DNA of 64,000 bases, taken from Thermodesulfobacteriota bacterium. Its GTDB lineage: Bacteria > Desulfobacterota_D > UBA1144 > Nemesobacterales > Nemesobacteraceae. Positions 11,025 to 19,030 of the stretch are shown one piece after another (position 1 is the first letter of the stretch; the number at the start of each line of letters is the position of its first letter). A program made the position numbers and the translations under genes. The notes beneath the pieces were generated by a model. It did no database searches, was not told the DNA's origin, and saw only the letters and a program-made list of their open reading frames with translations. The stretch covers positions 768,001 through 832,000 of the forward strand of contig OZ241855.1 in the NCBI GenBank assembly GCA_965202785.1. Direction: 5' to 3'.

Positions 11025-11036
11025 CCCGGTTTGGGG

Positions 11037-11894
11037 CTACTTGTTCTGCGCAAATATCTCCGCCGCCTCAAGCGTGTTCCAAAGAAGCATGGTTACGGTC
11101 ATCGGACCCACCCCGCCGGGAACGGGGGTTATGTAGGAGGCCTTTTCCTTTACGTCCTCAAAGTCAACGTCGCCAACGATCTTTCCTCTCTCGTTCCTGT
11201 TGATTCCGACATCGACTACTACAGCTCCGTCTTTTATCATCTCTTTCTTTATGAACTGCGGGTCGCCTATCGCGACTATCAGTATGTCAGCCATGGTGGT
11301 TATGGACGGCAGGTTTTGAGTTTCGATATGGGCTATGGTGACGGTGGCGTCCCTGTTGAGCATCAAGGCCGCCGCGGGTTTTCCAACTATGTTGCTTTTT
11401 CCCACGACCACTACGTGCTTGCCTAATACCTTTATGTCGTAGTAATCGAGAAGTTTTTCTATTCCGTACGGAGTACAGGAGATGGCGCTAGGGTTTTCTT
11501 GGAACAGCTTTCCGGTGTTCTCGGGGTGAAATCCGTCGGCATCTTTGTCCGGGGATATCTTTCTTATCACTCTTGCTGGATTCATATGGGAAGGAAGGGG
11601 AAGCTGTACCAGTATGCCGTGAATCTTTTCATCCAGGTTGAGGCGCTCGATCAGAGAAAGAAGCTCCTCTTCTGAGGTTTCCTCAGGAAGATTGTGTTCT
11701 TCTGAAAGCATTCCGCATCTTCCGCATGCCCTTCTCTTGTTCCTCACGTATATTTCGGACGCGGGATCGGTGCCGACCAGGATGGAAGCAAGACCGGGCA
11801 CTACGCCCGTGCGGTCTTTAAGTTCCTTGGTCTTTCGGATGATCCATTCTTTAATGTCTTGAGAGACCTTTTTGCCATCCATGATTTTAGACAT
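11037..11894 (-). CDS. folD: Methylenetetrahydrofolate dehydrogenase/cyclohydrolase
   Basis: Motifs YVRNK, GILVQLPLP, KDADGFHP, VGKSNIVGKP and TPVPGGVGPMT. Confidence 0.97.
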   Translation of the reverse strand: MSKIMDGKKVSQDIKEWIIRKTKELKDRTGVVPGLASILVGTDPASEIYVRNKRRACGRCGMLSEEHNLPEETSEEELLSLIERLNLDEKIHGILVQLPLPSHMNPARVIRKISPDKDADGFHPENTGKLFQENPSAISCTPYGIEKLLDYYDIKVLGKHVVVVGKSNIVGKPAAALMLNRDATVTIAHIETQNLPSITTMADILIVAIGDPQFIKKEMIKDGAVVVDVGINRNERGKIVGDVDFEDVKEKASYITPVPGGVGPMTVTMLLWNTLEAAEIFAQNK

Positions 11895-12099
11895 GTTCAG
11901 TTCCCTTTTTTTCGAAAGATGGCCGGTTGGAAAATTATTAGTATAATCGACTCCGGCGGGTTAATCCACATTGGACCAGATTTATCTGGATAGTTTCGAC
12001 AAGGTTGGTCAACTATGCACTTAGGCAGCAATAGAAATTTTGGAGTTTCAGACCTTTTAGGCGACCGGCCCGATCAGAGCCGAACCTTGGGAAGCGTTA

Positions 12100-12834
12100 T
12101 CAATAACCCAGAACGCTGTAGTCGCCGTTCACGATCAGACGAATGGAGACGTAGAGTCCCAGTAGCGCGAAAAGCACCCATGGAGAATTCATCCCCCAGA
12201 TGTAGATGTACATATCCCCTCGGCTGATCTGGGTTTGCCGGTTGGCCGAGAAGAAACTGACCCAGTAGACTGAGGTTATGTATGTCAACTGCCAGAACAG
12301 CATCACTCCGACGATGCCCGCGACGGGGGCGGACAAAATATCGAAGGTGAAGGCGGCGTAGAGAATTAACGTCGGGATCGGGCTCACAAAGCCGTTGGCA
12401 ATATCCACAATGTATCCGTATGTGCGCCGGTCTGCGTAGGAACCGTCGAATTGGGAATACGTCGCCCAGACATCTGCCCATACCGTCGGCGACAACACCC
12501 TCGTCAACGGAATCTTTGTAATAAGAAATTCGGTGGATGGTTTTCGGCCCGTTTCCCGCCAGCGCTTGCGCCAATATCCGGTACGCTGCTCAATATAGTC
12601 GCGTCTGAGGAACAGGCATATCTCCCAATAGCAGATCACCAGATTAATCGAAAGAAACAGAATCAACAGGGCATGAATAACGTTGAAATCCCCGCGGGTC
12701 CAGTAACGCGCGCCAATGCCCGCCAATGTCAGAATCGCAATAACCAGCACCGTGAACAGCATCGCCGAAATTGCCAGCCGGGTCTGGCGTTCCCTAGGTT
12801 CGGAATGTGCTCGGTCGGTTCGGTTTTCGGGCAT
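12100..12834 (-). CDS. Multi-pass membrane protein with an EXPERA/emopamil-binding-protein (EBP)-like domain
   Basis: About 5-6 TM segments; W-x-x-Y-x-x-x-D-x-x-Y (WATYSQFDGSY), Q-x-x-Y-x-x-x-x-Y and MN-x-x-W (GMNSPW) resemble EBP motifs; ATG 12834 with AAGGA RBS. Confidence 0.6.
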   Translation of the reverse strand: MPENRTDRAHSEPRERQTRLAISAMLFTVLVIAILTLAGIGARYWTRGDFNVIHALLILFLSINLVICYWEICLFLRRDYIEQRTGYWRKRWRETGRKPSTEFLITKIPLTRVLSPTVWADVWATYSQFDGSYADRRTYGYIVDIANGFVSPIPTLILYAAFTFDILSAPVAGIVGVMLFWQLTYITSVYWVSFFSANRQTQISRGDMYIYIWGMNSPWVLFALLGLYVSIRLIVNGDYSVLGY

Positions 12835-13068
12835 GTGTTCTGATCCTTGCAAAAAGTCCGGCGTTACGGCTCGCTGCATTGCACCCTTCGGAGTGTTCCA
12901 CGTCCCGGGCAAACGTGCCGTGCTCCAGACAGACACTTTCGATAGGGAAATTATATACAATAGTCAAGAAAAAACCTGACTTCCCTGCCGAAATCCTTCG
13001 TCCTATACTCTTTTGCGGTGCGAAAGCTGTAACGGTGCGCAACAGGCGAAATCGGTTAGCCTTGTGGT

Positions 13069-13863
13069 TCAGGTTTTTCCGAGGTGATTAAGGGGTCCGT
13101 GTCCCTTTCCTATCTCCAGAGAATTTCTTATCGCCTCCGTGACAAAGGCTTTCGAATTCTCAAGGGAAGTTGAAAGAGGCATTCCCTTTGCCAAAAAAGC
13201 GCACACGGCCGCCGAAAATGTGCAGCCCGTTCCGTGGGTGTTCTTCGTTTCGATTCTCTCGCTAACCAGTTCTTCAAATATCTCCCCGTCGAAAAAAATA
13301 TCTACCGCCGGGTGTTCTTTCGCAAGATGTCCCCCTTTTACAAGAACCGCCTTCGCTCCAAACGAGAGGATCTTCTCGGCTGCGGTCTTCATATCGCTTA
13401 TGCCGCTTATGCTGACAGAACTCAGTATTTCTGCCTCGGGTATGTTCGGAGTTACTATGAGTGCCCTGGGGAGAATCTCTTTTTTTAGAAGTTCCGTCGA
13501 GTTTTTTAAAAGGGCGGTTCCACCTTTTGAGCTCATCACAGGGTCGACAACGAGCTTCTCAATTGCATACAGGTCTATTTTTTCCGCCACGGCCTCAATG
13601 ATTTTTTCGTTGGAAAGCATCCCGAGCTTAGCGGCGTCGCAGCCTATATCGCTCATCACGGCGTCAAACTGCAGCCCCACGAACTGCTCGGGAAGGTCGT
13701 GGATTGCGCTTACCTCCAGCGTATTCTGGGCGGTAACGGAGGTGAGCACCGAAAGTCCGTACACTCCCAGGGCAGTGAAAGTCTTAAGGTCAGCCTGGAT
13801 TCCTGCCCCTCCTCCTGAATCGGACCCGGCAACGGTAAGCGCTCTTGGGATTTTTTCCGCCAC
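13069..13863 (-). CDS. thiD: Hydroxymethylpyrimidine/phosphomethylpyrimidine kinase
   Basis: Motifs [40 protein letters not shown] and [11 protein letters not shown]. Confidence 0.97.
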   Translation of the reverse strand: MAEKIPRALTVAGSDSGGGAGIQADLKTFTALGVYGLSVLTSVTAQNTLEVSAIHDLPEQFVGLQFDAVMSDIGCDAAKLGMLSNEKIIEAVAEKIDLYAIEKLVVDPVMSSKGGTALLKNSTELLKKEILPRALIVTPNIPEAEILSSVSISGISDMKTAAEKILSFGAKAVLVKGGHLAKEHPAVDIFFDGEIFEELVSERIETKNTHGTGCTFSAAVCAFLAKGMPLSTSLENSKAFVTEAIRNSLEIGKGHGPLNHLGKT

Positions 13864-13933
13864 GTAAGGATTCTACAAATTCACCTGTTTTTTACAAACC
13901 CGGACAAGGGCTTACGCCGCGGGTCTTTACTGG

Positions 13934-13963
13934 AATTGAAAACTGTTTTCAGTTGTATATAAT
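13934..13963 (+). promoter_or_regulatory. Promoter with overlapping palindromic operator upstream of the DUF35 gene
   Basis: TTGAAA-N16-TATAAT; AATTGAAAAC-T-GTTTTCAGTT is a near-perfect 10-1-10 palindrome. Confidence 0.65.
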
Positions 13964-14002
13964 TTCCCTTCACGTTAAGCGATCGTTTAAGGAGAGAGTG
14001 TC

Positions 14003-14410
14003 ATGAGCGAAGATATTTTCAGACAGGATTTGTTTTCAACCGACGATGAGGGCAGAGTGAGACTGATTGCGGGTTACTGCAAGGAATCCGACAACTGGAC
14101 CTTTCCAAGGTATCTTGCGGATCCAGTGAGTTTTACAGACGATGTGGAAGAGAAGTTTCTAAGCCCCACAGGCATTCTGCATTCCTTCACGGTTGTGAGA
14201 AGAAGCATGCCGGAATTTAAGGTGCCCTACGTTCTCGCTCTTGTTGATTTTCCGGAGGGGGTAAGGGTCATGGCGCAGGTTGAAACGGAAGATCCCGATT
14301 CTCTTGAGTTCGGCGAGGAGATGGCCGTGACGATCGGTGTGATAAAAACGGCGCCCGACGGAACGGATGTAAGCTCCTACAAGTTTATTCCCGTAAGAGA
14401 GTGCTCCTGA
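14003..14410 (+). CDS. DUF35-family Zn-ribbon/OB-fold (acyl-CoA-associated, ChsH2-like) protein
   Basis: G.L.SFTVV...PYVLALVDFPEGVRVMAQV OB-fold pattern; AAGGAG RBS; zinc-ribbon cysteines are largely lost. Confidence 0.85.
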   Translation: MSEDIFRQDLFSTDDEGRVRLIAGYCKESDNWTFPRYLADPVSFTDDVEEKFLSPTGILHSFTVVRRSMPEFKVPYVLALVDFPEGVRVMAQVETEDPDSLEFGEEMAVTIGVIKTAPDGTDVSSYKFIPVRECS

Positions 14411-14542
14411 TCAGTAGCATTTTCCGTGCTACAAAACTTTTTACTTTCTGCAACACTCTGCTTGTTTATTAATTTTAGCCGTACACGCAGATTCTAGGTT
14501 TTTTTGGAGGGTTAGGGGTGTGGAGGGATCCTTAAAAATTTC

Positions 14543-14572
14543 TTGCGTAGTGTACTGTAATACCGTACAGTA
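14543..14572 (+). promoter_or_regulatory. higBA promoter with palindromic operator
   Basis: TTGCGT-N17-TACAGT, overlapped by TACTGTA-N6-TACAGTA (14553-14572). Confidence 0.7.
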
Positions 14573-14579
14573 GATAAAG

Positions 14580-14871
14580 ATGGTCATTCGTTCTGTCCGC
14601 CACAGAGGATTGCGTCGGTTGATTGAGGATGACAATTCCCGGTTCTTGGGGCGTGACTTGGTGGACCGTGTACGCAAGATACTAACGGCACTTACTTCTT
14701 GCTGAGAACATGGATAGTTTTATCACAGATGCACCACCTAGATGGCGTGTTCATAGGCTTTTAGGCGATAGGCGAGACGAATGGAGCGTTTCGGTATCCG
14801 GTAATTGGAGGATCACTTTTAAAGAAGATGAAGGCGACATTTACCGCTTGAACTTGGAGGATTATCACTAA
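14580..14871 (+). pseudogene. higB: HigB (RelE-like) toxin, frameshifted
   Basis: MVIRSVRHRGLRRLIEDD...KILTAL runs into a premature TGA at 14703; the +1 frame continues LAENMD...WRVHRLLGDRRDEWSVSVSGNWRITF...LEDYH* and its stop overlaps the higA ATG; 292 nt = 3n+1. Confidence 0.88.
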
Positions 14872-15176
14872 TGACTGCTAAAAGCATTGAAGTGAATATG
14901 ACCCCTTCGCATCCAGGTGACTTCATCCGCACGGAGGTTGTTGAGGAGTTGAGCCTGACCGTGACTAAAGCAGCTGAGATTCTAGGGGTTCGCCGTGCAA
15001 CGCTTTCCGATCTGCTGAACGGCAAAACCGCACTGTCGCCGGAAATGGCCCTTCGCATTGAAAAAGCTTTCGGGGTGGGCATGGAAATGCTGTTACGGAT
15101 GCAAGCATGGTACGATGCTTCACAAATGCGAGCCCGCGCAAGCGATATCAGTGTGCAGCGCTACGAACCCTCCTAA
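14871..15176 (+). CDS. higA: HigA family antitoxin (HTH-XRE)
   Basis: Motifs HPGDFIR, AAEILGVRRATLSDLLNG, SPEMALRIEKAFG and LRMQAWYD. Confidence 0.93.
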   Translation: MTAKSIEVNMTPSHPGDFIRTEVVEELSLTVTKAAEILGVRRATLSDLLNGKTALSPEMALRIEKAFGVGMEMLLRMQAWYDASQMRARASDISVQRYEPS

Positions 15177-15212
15177 TGAGCACAGCTTTTCCACTGGGGA
15201 TTCATTGGTTTT

Positions 15213-16574
15213 TCAGGAAAATTTGGCGATCGTTTCTTTAAGCGTTCTCTCCACGATTTCCCTTATTTCCGCAAGCCTAGATTCGGTCTGAGCTTCGAAC
15301 CGGAGCACAAGGGCAGGCTGGGTGTTGGATGCGCGGAGAAGTCCCCATCCGTCCGGGTACTCAACCCTGACTCCATCTATGTCAACCACTTCGTTTTGCT
15401 CCCCGAGCTTTTTCTTTACCGCTTCCGTTACCTGAAACTTGATCTCATCGGGACAATCAATTCTTATCTCCGGGGTTGCGAAGGTCTTAGGTAACCCTGT
15501 AAGCAGTTCCGAAGCCTTCTTTCCCGTTTTTGAGAGGATTTCAAGAAACCGAAGTCCTGCGTAAAGAGCATCATCGTATCCGAAAAACCTGTTTTTAAAG
15601 AAAATGTGGCCGCTCATCTCCCCTCCGAGTTCCGCACCCTCCTTTTTCATCTTGTCCTTGATTACCGAGTGGCCGGTTTTCCACATGATGGGATTCCCGC
15701 CGGCTTCCCGTATCTTGGAGAAAAGATTTCCCGAACACTTAACGTCCCCTATTATGGTTGCTCCCGGGTTCGTTTCGAGAAGATCGAGCGAATAGACAAG
15801 GAGAAGCATATCTCCGCTCATTGAGTTTCCCTGCTCATCGACAATTCCTATCCTGTCCGCGTCCCCGTCAAATGCCAAACCCACGTCAAGGCCGGCCTCC
15901 AAGATCTTTTTCTTTATGTCAGAGAGGTTCTCCTCGACCGTGGGATCCGGGTGGTGGTTCGGAAAATCCCCATCAGGATCCATGTAAAGCTCATGAACTT
16001 CGCAGCCGAATCTCCTGAGTATCTGCGGGCAGGCCACTCCGGCGGTTCCGTTGCCGCCGTCAGCTGCGACTTTTATTCCCGGTTCTATATGAAGATTCTG
16101 CTCTAAAAACCCGAGGTAGCGCTCAACTATGTCCGACTGTCTCTTTCTCCCCGTTCCCGTTTTGAACTTGCCCTCTTCGACCGATTCTCTTATTTTCTGT
16201 ATGCCTTCGCCGAAAAGGGAATTCTGACCGACGCACATTTTAAGCCCGTTGTACTCGGAGGGATTGTGACTGGCAGTTACCATCACCCCGCCGTCAACGC
16301 CCGATGTGAAGGTGGAGAAATAAACCATCGGGGTCGTTACCATCCCTATGTCGACCACACTAACGCCGGTTGAGGTTATTCCTTCGCAGAGTGCGTCCCG
16401 GAATGCCGGGGAGGATTTCCTGCAGTCGTATCCAACGGAAACCTCTGTCCCCCCGTCCTCGGCCACCATGGTTCCATAGGCTTTTCCGATTCTCTCGACG
16501 ACCTCTTCTGTGATGCTCTCTCCCGCTATGCCCCTTATGTCGTATTCTCTGAATATAGCTTTGTCGGCAACCAA
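15213..16574 (-). CDS. Phosphomannomutase/phosphoglucomutase (AlgC-like)
   Basis: Motifs FREYDIRG, TASHNP, FDGDADR, GEMSGH and RASNTQP. Confidence 0.95.
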   Translation of the reverse strand: MVADKAIFREYDIRGIAGESITEEVVERIGKAYGTMVAEDGGTEVSVGYDCRKSSPAFRDALCEGITSTGVSVVDIGMVTTPMVYFSTFTSGVDGGVMVTASHNPSEYNGLKMCVGQNSLFGEGIQKIRESVEEGKFKTGTGRKRQSDIVERYLGFLEQNLHIEPGIKVAADGGNGTAGVACPQILRRFGCEVHELYMDPDGDFPNHHPDPTVEENLSDIKKKILEAGLDVGLAFDGDADRIGIVDEQGNSMSGDMLLLVYSLDLLETNPGATIIGDVKCSGNLFSKIREAGGNPIMWKTGHSVIKDKMKKEGAELGGEMSGHIFFKNRFFGYDDALYAGLRFLEILSKTGKKASELLTGLPKTFATPEIRIDCPDEIKFQVTEAVKKKLGEQNEVVDIDGVRVEYPDGWGLLRASNTQPALVLRFEAQTESRLAEIREIVERTLKETIAKFS

Positions 16575-16680
16575 CCTTAACGTACCCCTTTATTTTTAAG
16601 CCCTTAATTATAATATCCACGGGGATTTATAAAAGGCGTTTTTCTTGACTTTAGTTTTTCGAGTCTTATCATTTCCTTCC

Positions 16681-18168
16681 ATGGTTTCTCCCTCCTACGA
16701 ACAATTTCTCGAGAACCTCGAGCACGGGAATCTCGTACCCGTGTGGGAGGAAGTTCTGGCCGATTACGATACTCCGGTTTCGGTTTTCAGGAAGATAGAC
16801 TCGCCCGATTACTCTTTTCTATTCGAAAGCGTGGAGGGCGGAGACAAATGGGCGCGCTACAGCTTTCTGGGCACGGAACCCTCGGTGGTGTTCCGCTCTA
16901 AGGGCCGAAACATCGAGATAATCCGCTCGGACGGGGAAACCGAAACGTTCACGGGCGACCCGATTCTGGCGTTGCGGGACCTGCTTTCACTATACAGGCC
17001 GGTTTCCTCGGAGGAGCTTCCGAGATTTCACGGCGGAGCGGTCGGTTACTTCGGTTACGACATGATCAGGTTTATAGAGGATATTCCCGATACTTCTCCT
17101 GATGAGCTTAAGCTCTGGGACTCCGTTTACATGGTAATGGATACCGTTTTGGCGTTCGATAACGTTACGAGCAAGATAAAGATCATCTCAAATGCCTATG
17201 TTCCCGACGTTAAAAATGCGAGGGAGGAGTACGAAAAGTCCCTTGCGAAAATAGCCGAGCTTAAAAACAGGCTTAAAAGTTCGCTTAGTGAAAAGTTTAC
17301 CAACGGTATTCCTCAAGATGTTGGCGAGGGAGAATTCAAGCTCGAGCCCAATTTCGAACCCGCACACTTCAAGGATGCGGTTCTCAGGACCAAGGAATAC
17401 ATAAAATCAGGGGACATAATACAGGCCGTAATATCCCAGAGATGGAAGACGGACCTGAGAGTCGATCCTTTTGATCTCTACAGGGCGCTCAGGATACTAA
17501 ACCCTTCTCCGTACATGTTTTTCCTGAGGATGGGTGATGAGATACTCACCGGATCTTCTCCCGAGGTAATGGTGAGGGTCGAAGGGGAAAGAATTACGAG
17601 CCGGCCGATAGCCGGAACGCGGCCGAGAGGAAGAACCGTCTCCGAGGACGAAGGACTCGTGGCCGAACTCATTGTGGACCCTAAGGAGAGGGCCGAACAC
17701 ATAATGCTTGTCGATCTTGCGAGAAACGATCTGGGAAGAGTTTCCAATACGGGCTCGGTCAAAGTAGACGATTTCATGATCGTAGAGAGATATTCCCACG
17801 TGATGCATATAGTTTCGAACGTGACGGCCCTGCTTGCCGAGGGGGCAGATGCCTTTGACGTCATAAAGGCGACTTTCCCCGCGGGCACTCTTTCCGGGGC
17901 GCCAAAGGTAAGAGCGATGGAAATAATTGAAGAGACCGAACCGGCGACTAGAGGGGCATACGGGGGATGCGTCTGCTACTTCAGTTTCTCGGGCAACATG
18001 GACAGTTGCATAACCATAAGAACGTTTGTGATAAAAGACGGCAAAGTCTACATACAGGCGGGAGCTGGCATAGTGGCAGATTCGAATCCCGAAACCGAGT
18101 ATCAGGAAACGGTTAACAAGGTAAAGGCCTTGGTGAAATCGGTTGAGCTTGCGGAGGATGGACTCTGA
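16681..18168 (+). CDS. trpE: Anthranilate synthase component I
   Basis: Motifs LFESVEGG, NPSPYMF, GSSPE, PIAGTRPRG, EHIMLVDLARND, ERYSHVMH and FPAGTLSGAPK. Confidence 0.95.
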   Translation: MVSPSYEQFLENLEHGNLVPVWEEVLADYDTPVSVFRKIDSPDYSFLFESVEGGDKWARYSFLGTEPSVVFRSKGRNIEIIRSDGETETFTGDPILALRDLLSLYRPVSSEELPRFHGGAVGYFGYDMIRFIEDIPDTSPDELKLWDSVYMVMDTVLAFDNVTSKIKIISNAYVPDVKNAREEYEKSLAKIAELKNRLKSSLSEKFTNGIPQDVGEGEFKLEPNFEPAHFKDAVLRTKEYIKSGDIIQAVISQRWKTDLRVDPFDLYRALRILNPSPYMFFLRMGDEILTGSSPEVMVRVEGERITSRPIAGTRPRGRTVSEDEGLVAELIVDPKERAEHIMLVDLARNDLGRVSNTGSVKVDDFMIVERYSHVMHIVSNVTALLAEGADAFDVIKATFPAGTLSGAPKVRAMEIIEETEPATRGAYGGCVCYFSFSGNMDSCITIRTFVIKDGKVYIQAGAGIVADSNPETEYQETVNKVKALVKSVELAEDGL

Positions 18169-18758
18169 TGACCGAAGGGAAAAAGAAAATGATTTTAATG
18201 ATCGATAATTACGATTCCTTTACCTATAACCTGGTCCACTACCTGGGGGAACTCGGTCAGCAGATCGAGGTGAGGAGAAATGACTGTCTTGATTTCGGTT
18301 TCGTGGATGATCTTGACCCTGACATAATCGTAATCTCTCCCGGACCCTGCACGCCCAAAGAGGCAGGGCTTTCGGTCGACATAATAAAGAGGTATGTAGG
18401 AAAAAAACCCATTCTCGGCGTTTGCCTGGGTCACCAGGCGGTGGGTTATGCGTACGGGGCGAACATAGTCCAGGCTGAGAGGCTTCTGCACGGAAAAACC
18501 TCCCCGATCATTCACGACGAGAAAACTATCTATAAAGATCTTCCGAATCCTTTTGAAGCTACGAGATATCATTCACTTTTGGTGGAAGAGGCATCCCTTC
18601 CGTCCGACTTCGAGATTTCCGCCTGGACCGAGGAAGGTGAAATCATGGGGATAAGGCACAGGGAGTTTCCTGTTGAAGGCGTGCAGTTTCACCCCGAGTC
18701 CATCCTTACGGAGTGCGGGAAGGATCTTCTCAGAAACTTTATCGACTACTATGGATAA
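18168..18758 (+). CDS. trpG: Anthranilate synthase component II (glutamine amidotransferase)
   Basis: Motifs IDNYDSFTYNL, SPGPCTP, GVCLGHQ, RYHSL and QFHPES; TGATG coupling to trpE. Confidence 0.93.
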   Translation: MTEGKKKMILMIDNYDSFTYNLVHYLGELGQQIEVRRNDCLDFGFVDDLDPDIIVISPGPCTPKEAGLSVDIIKRYVGKKPILGVCLGHQAVGYAYGANIVQAERLLHGKTSPIIHDEKTIYKDLPNPFEATRYHSLLVEEASLPSDFEISAWTEEGEIMGIRHREFPVEGVQFHPESILTECGKDLLRNFIDYYG

Positions 18759-18790
18759 AGCCGATACGGCTTCCCCGTTTCTTTTTTCCT
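18758..18790 (+). terminator. Putative intrinsic terminator after trpG
   Basis: AAGCCG-ata-CGGCTT hairpin followed by a pyrimidine/T-rich run. Confidence 0.45.
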
Positions 18791-19030
18791 GTTTGAGAAA
18801 CCCTTTCGACTTATTAAGATATTTAGAGCATAGGACCGCATTTTAACCAGCTTTTCCCCCAAATGCGGTCCTGAACCGAAAAAGCGGTTTACGGTCTGTT
18901 TTTGCTCGCTCACATTTCAGTGTGAGCGCAAAGTCCCGAAGCAGTTAAGTCTGTCAAGCTATGTATGAGTTAGTTAAACAAAGAGAGGTTTTAAGGGAGC
19001 AGGGTTCGAATCTGTTTCGCGGGAGGTCAG

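Larger units (their letters stand above)
12944..13969. repeat. Perfect 17-bp inverted repeat pair TTGTATATAATTTCCCT (12944-12960 on the minus strand, 13953-13969 on the plus strand) flanking thiD
   Basis: agggaaattatatacaa at 12944 is the exact reverse complement of ttgtatataatttccct at 13953; each copy contains a TATAAT -10 box facing outward. Confidence 0.85.

Noticed and set aside
13864-13930. TPP riboswitch upstream of thiD
   Set aside because: No GCTGAGA/ACCTG...GGGA signature is present, and the -10 box lies only 6 nt from the start codon
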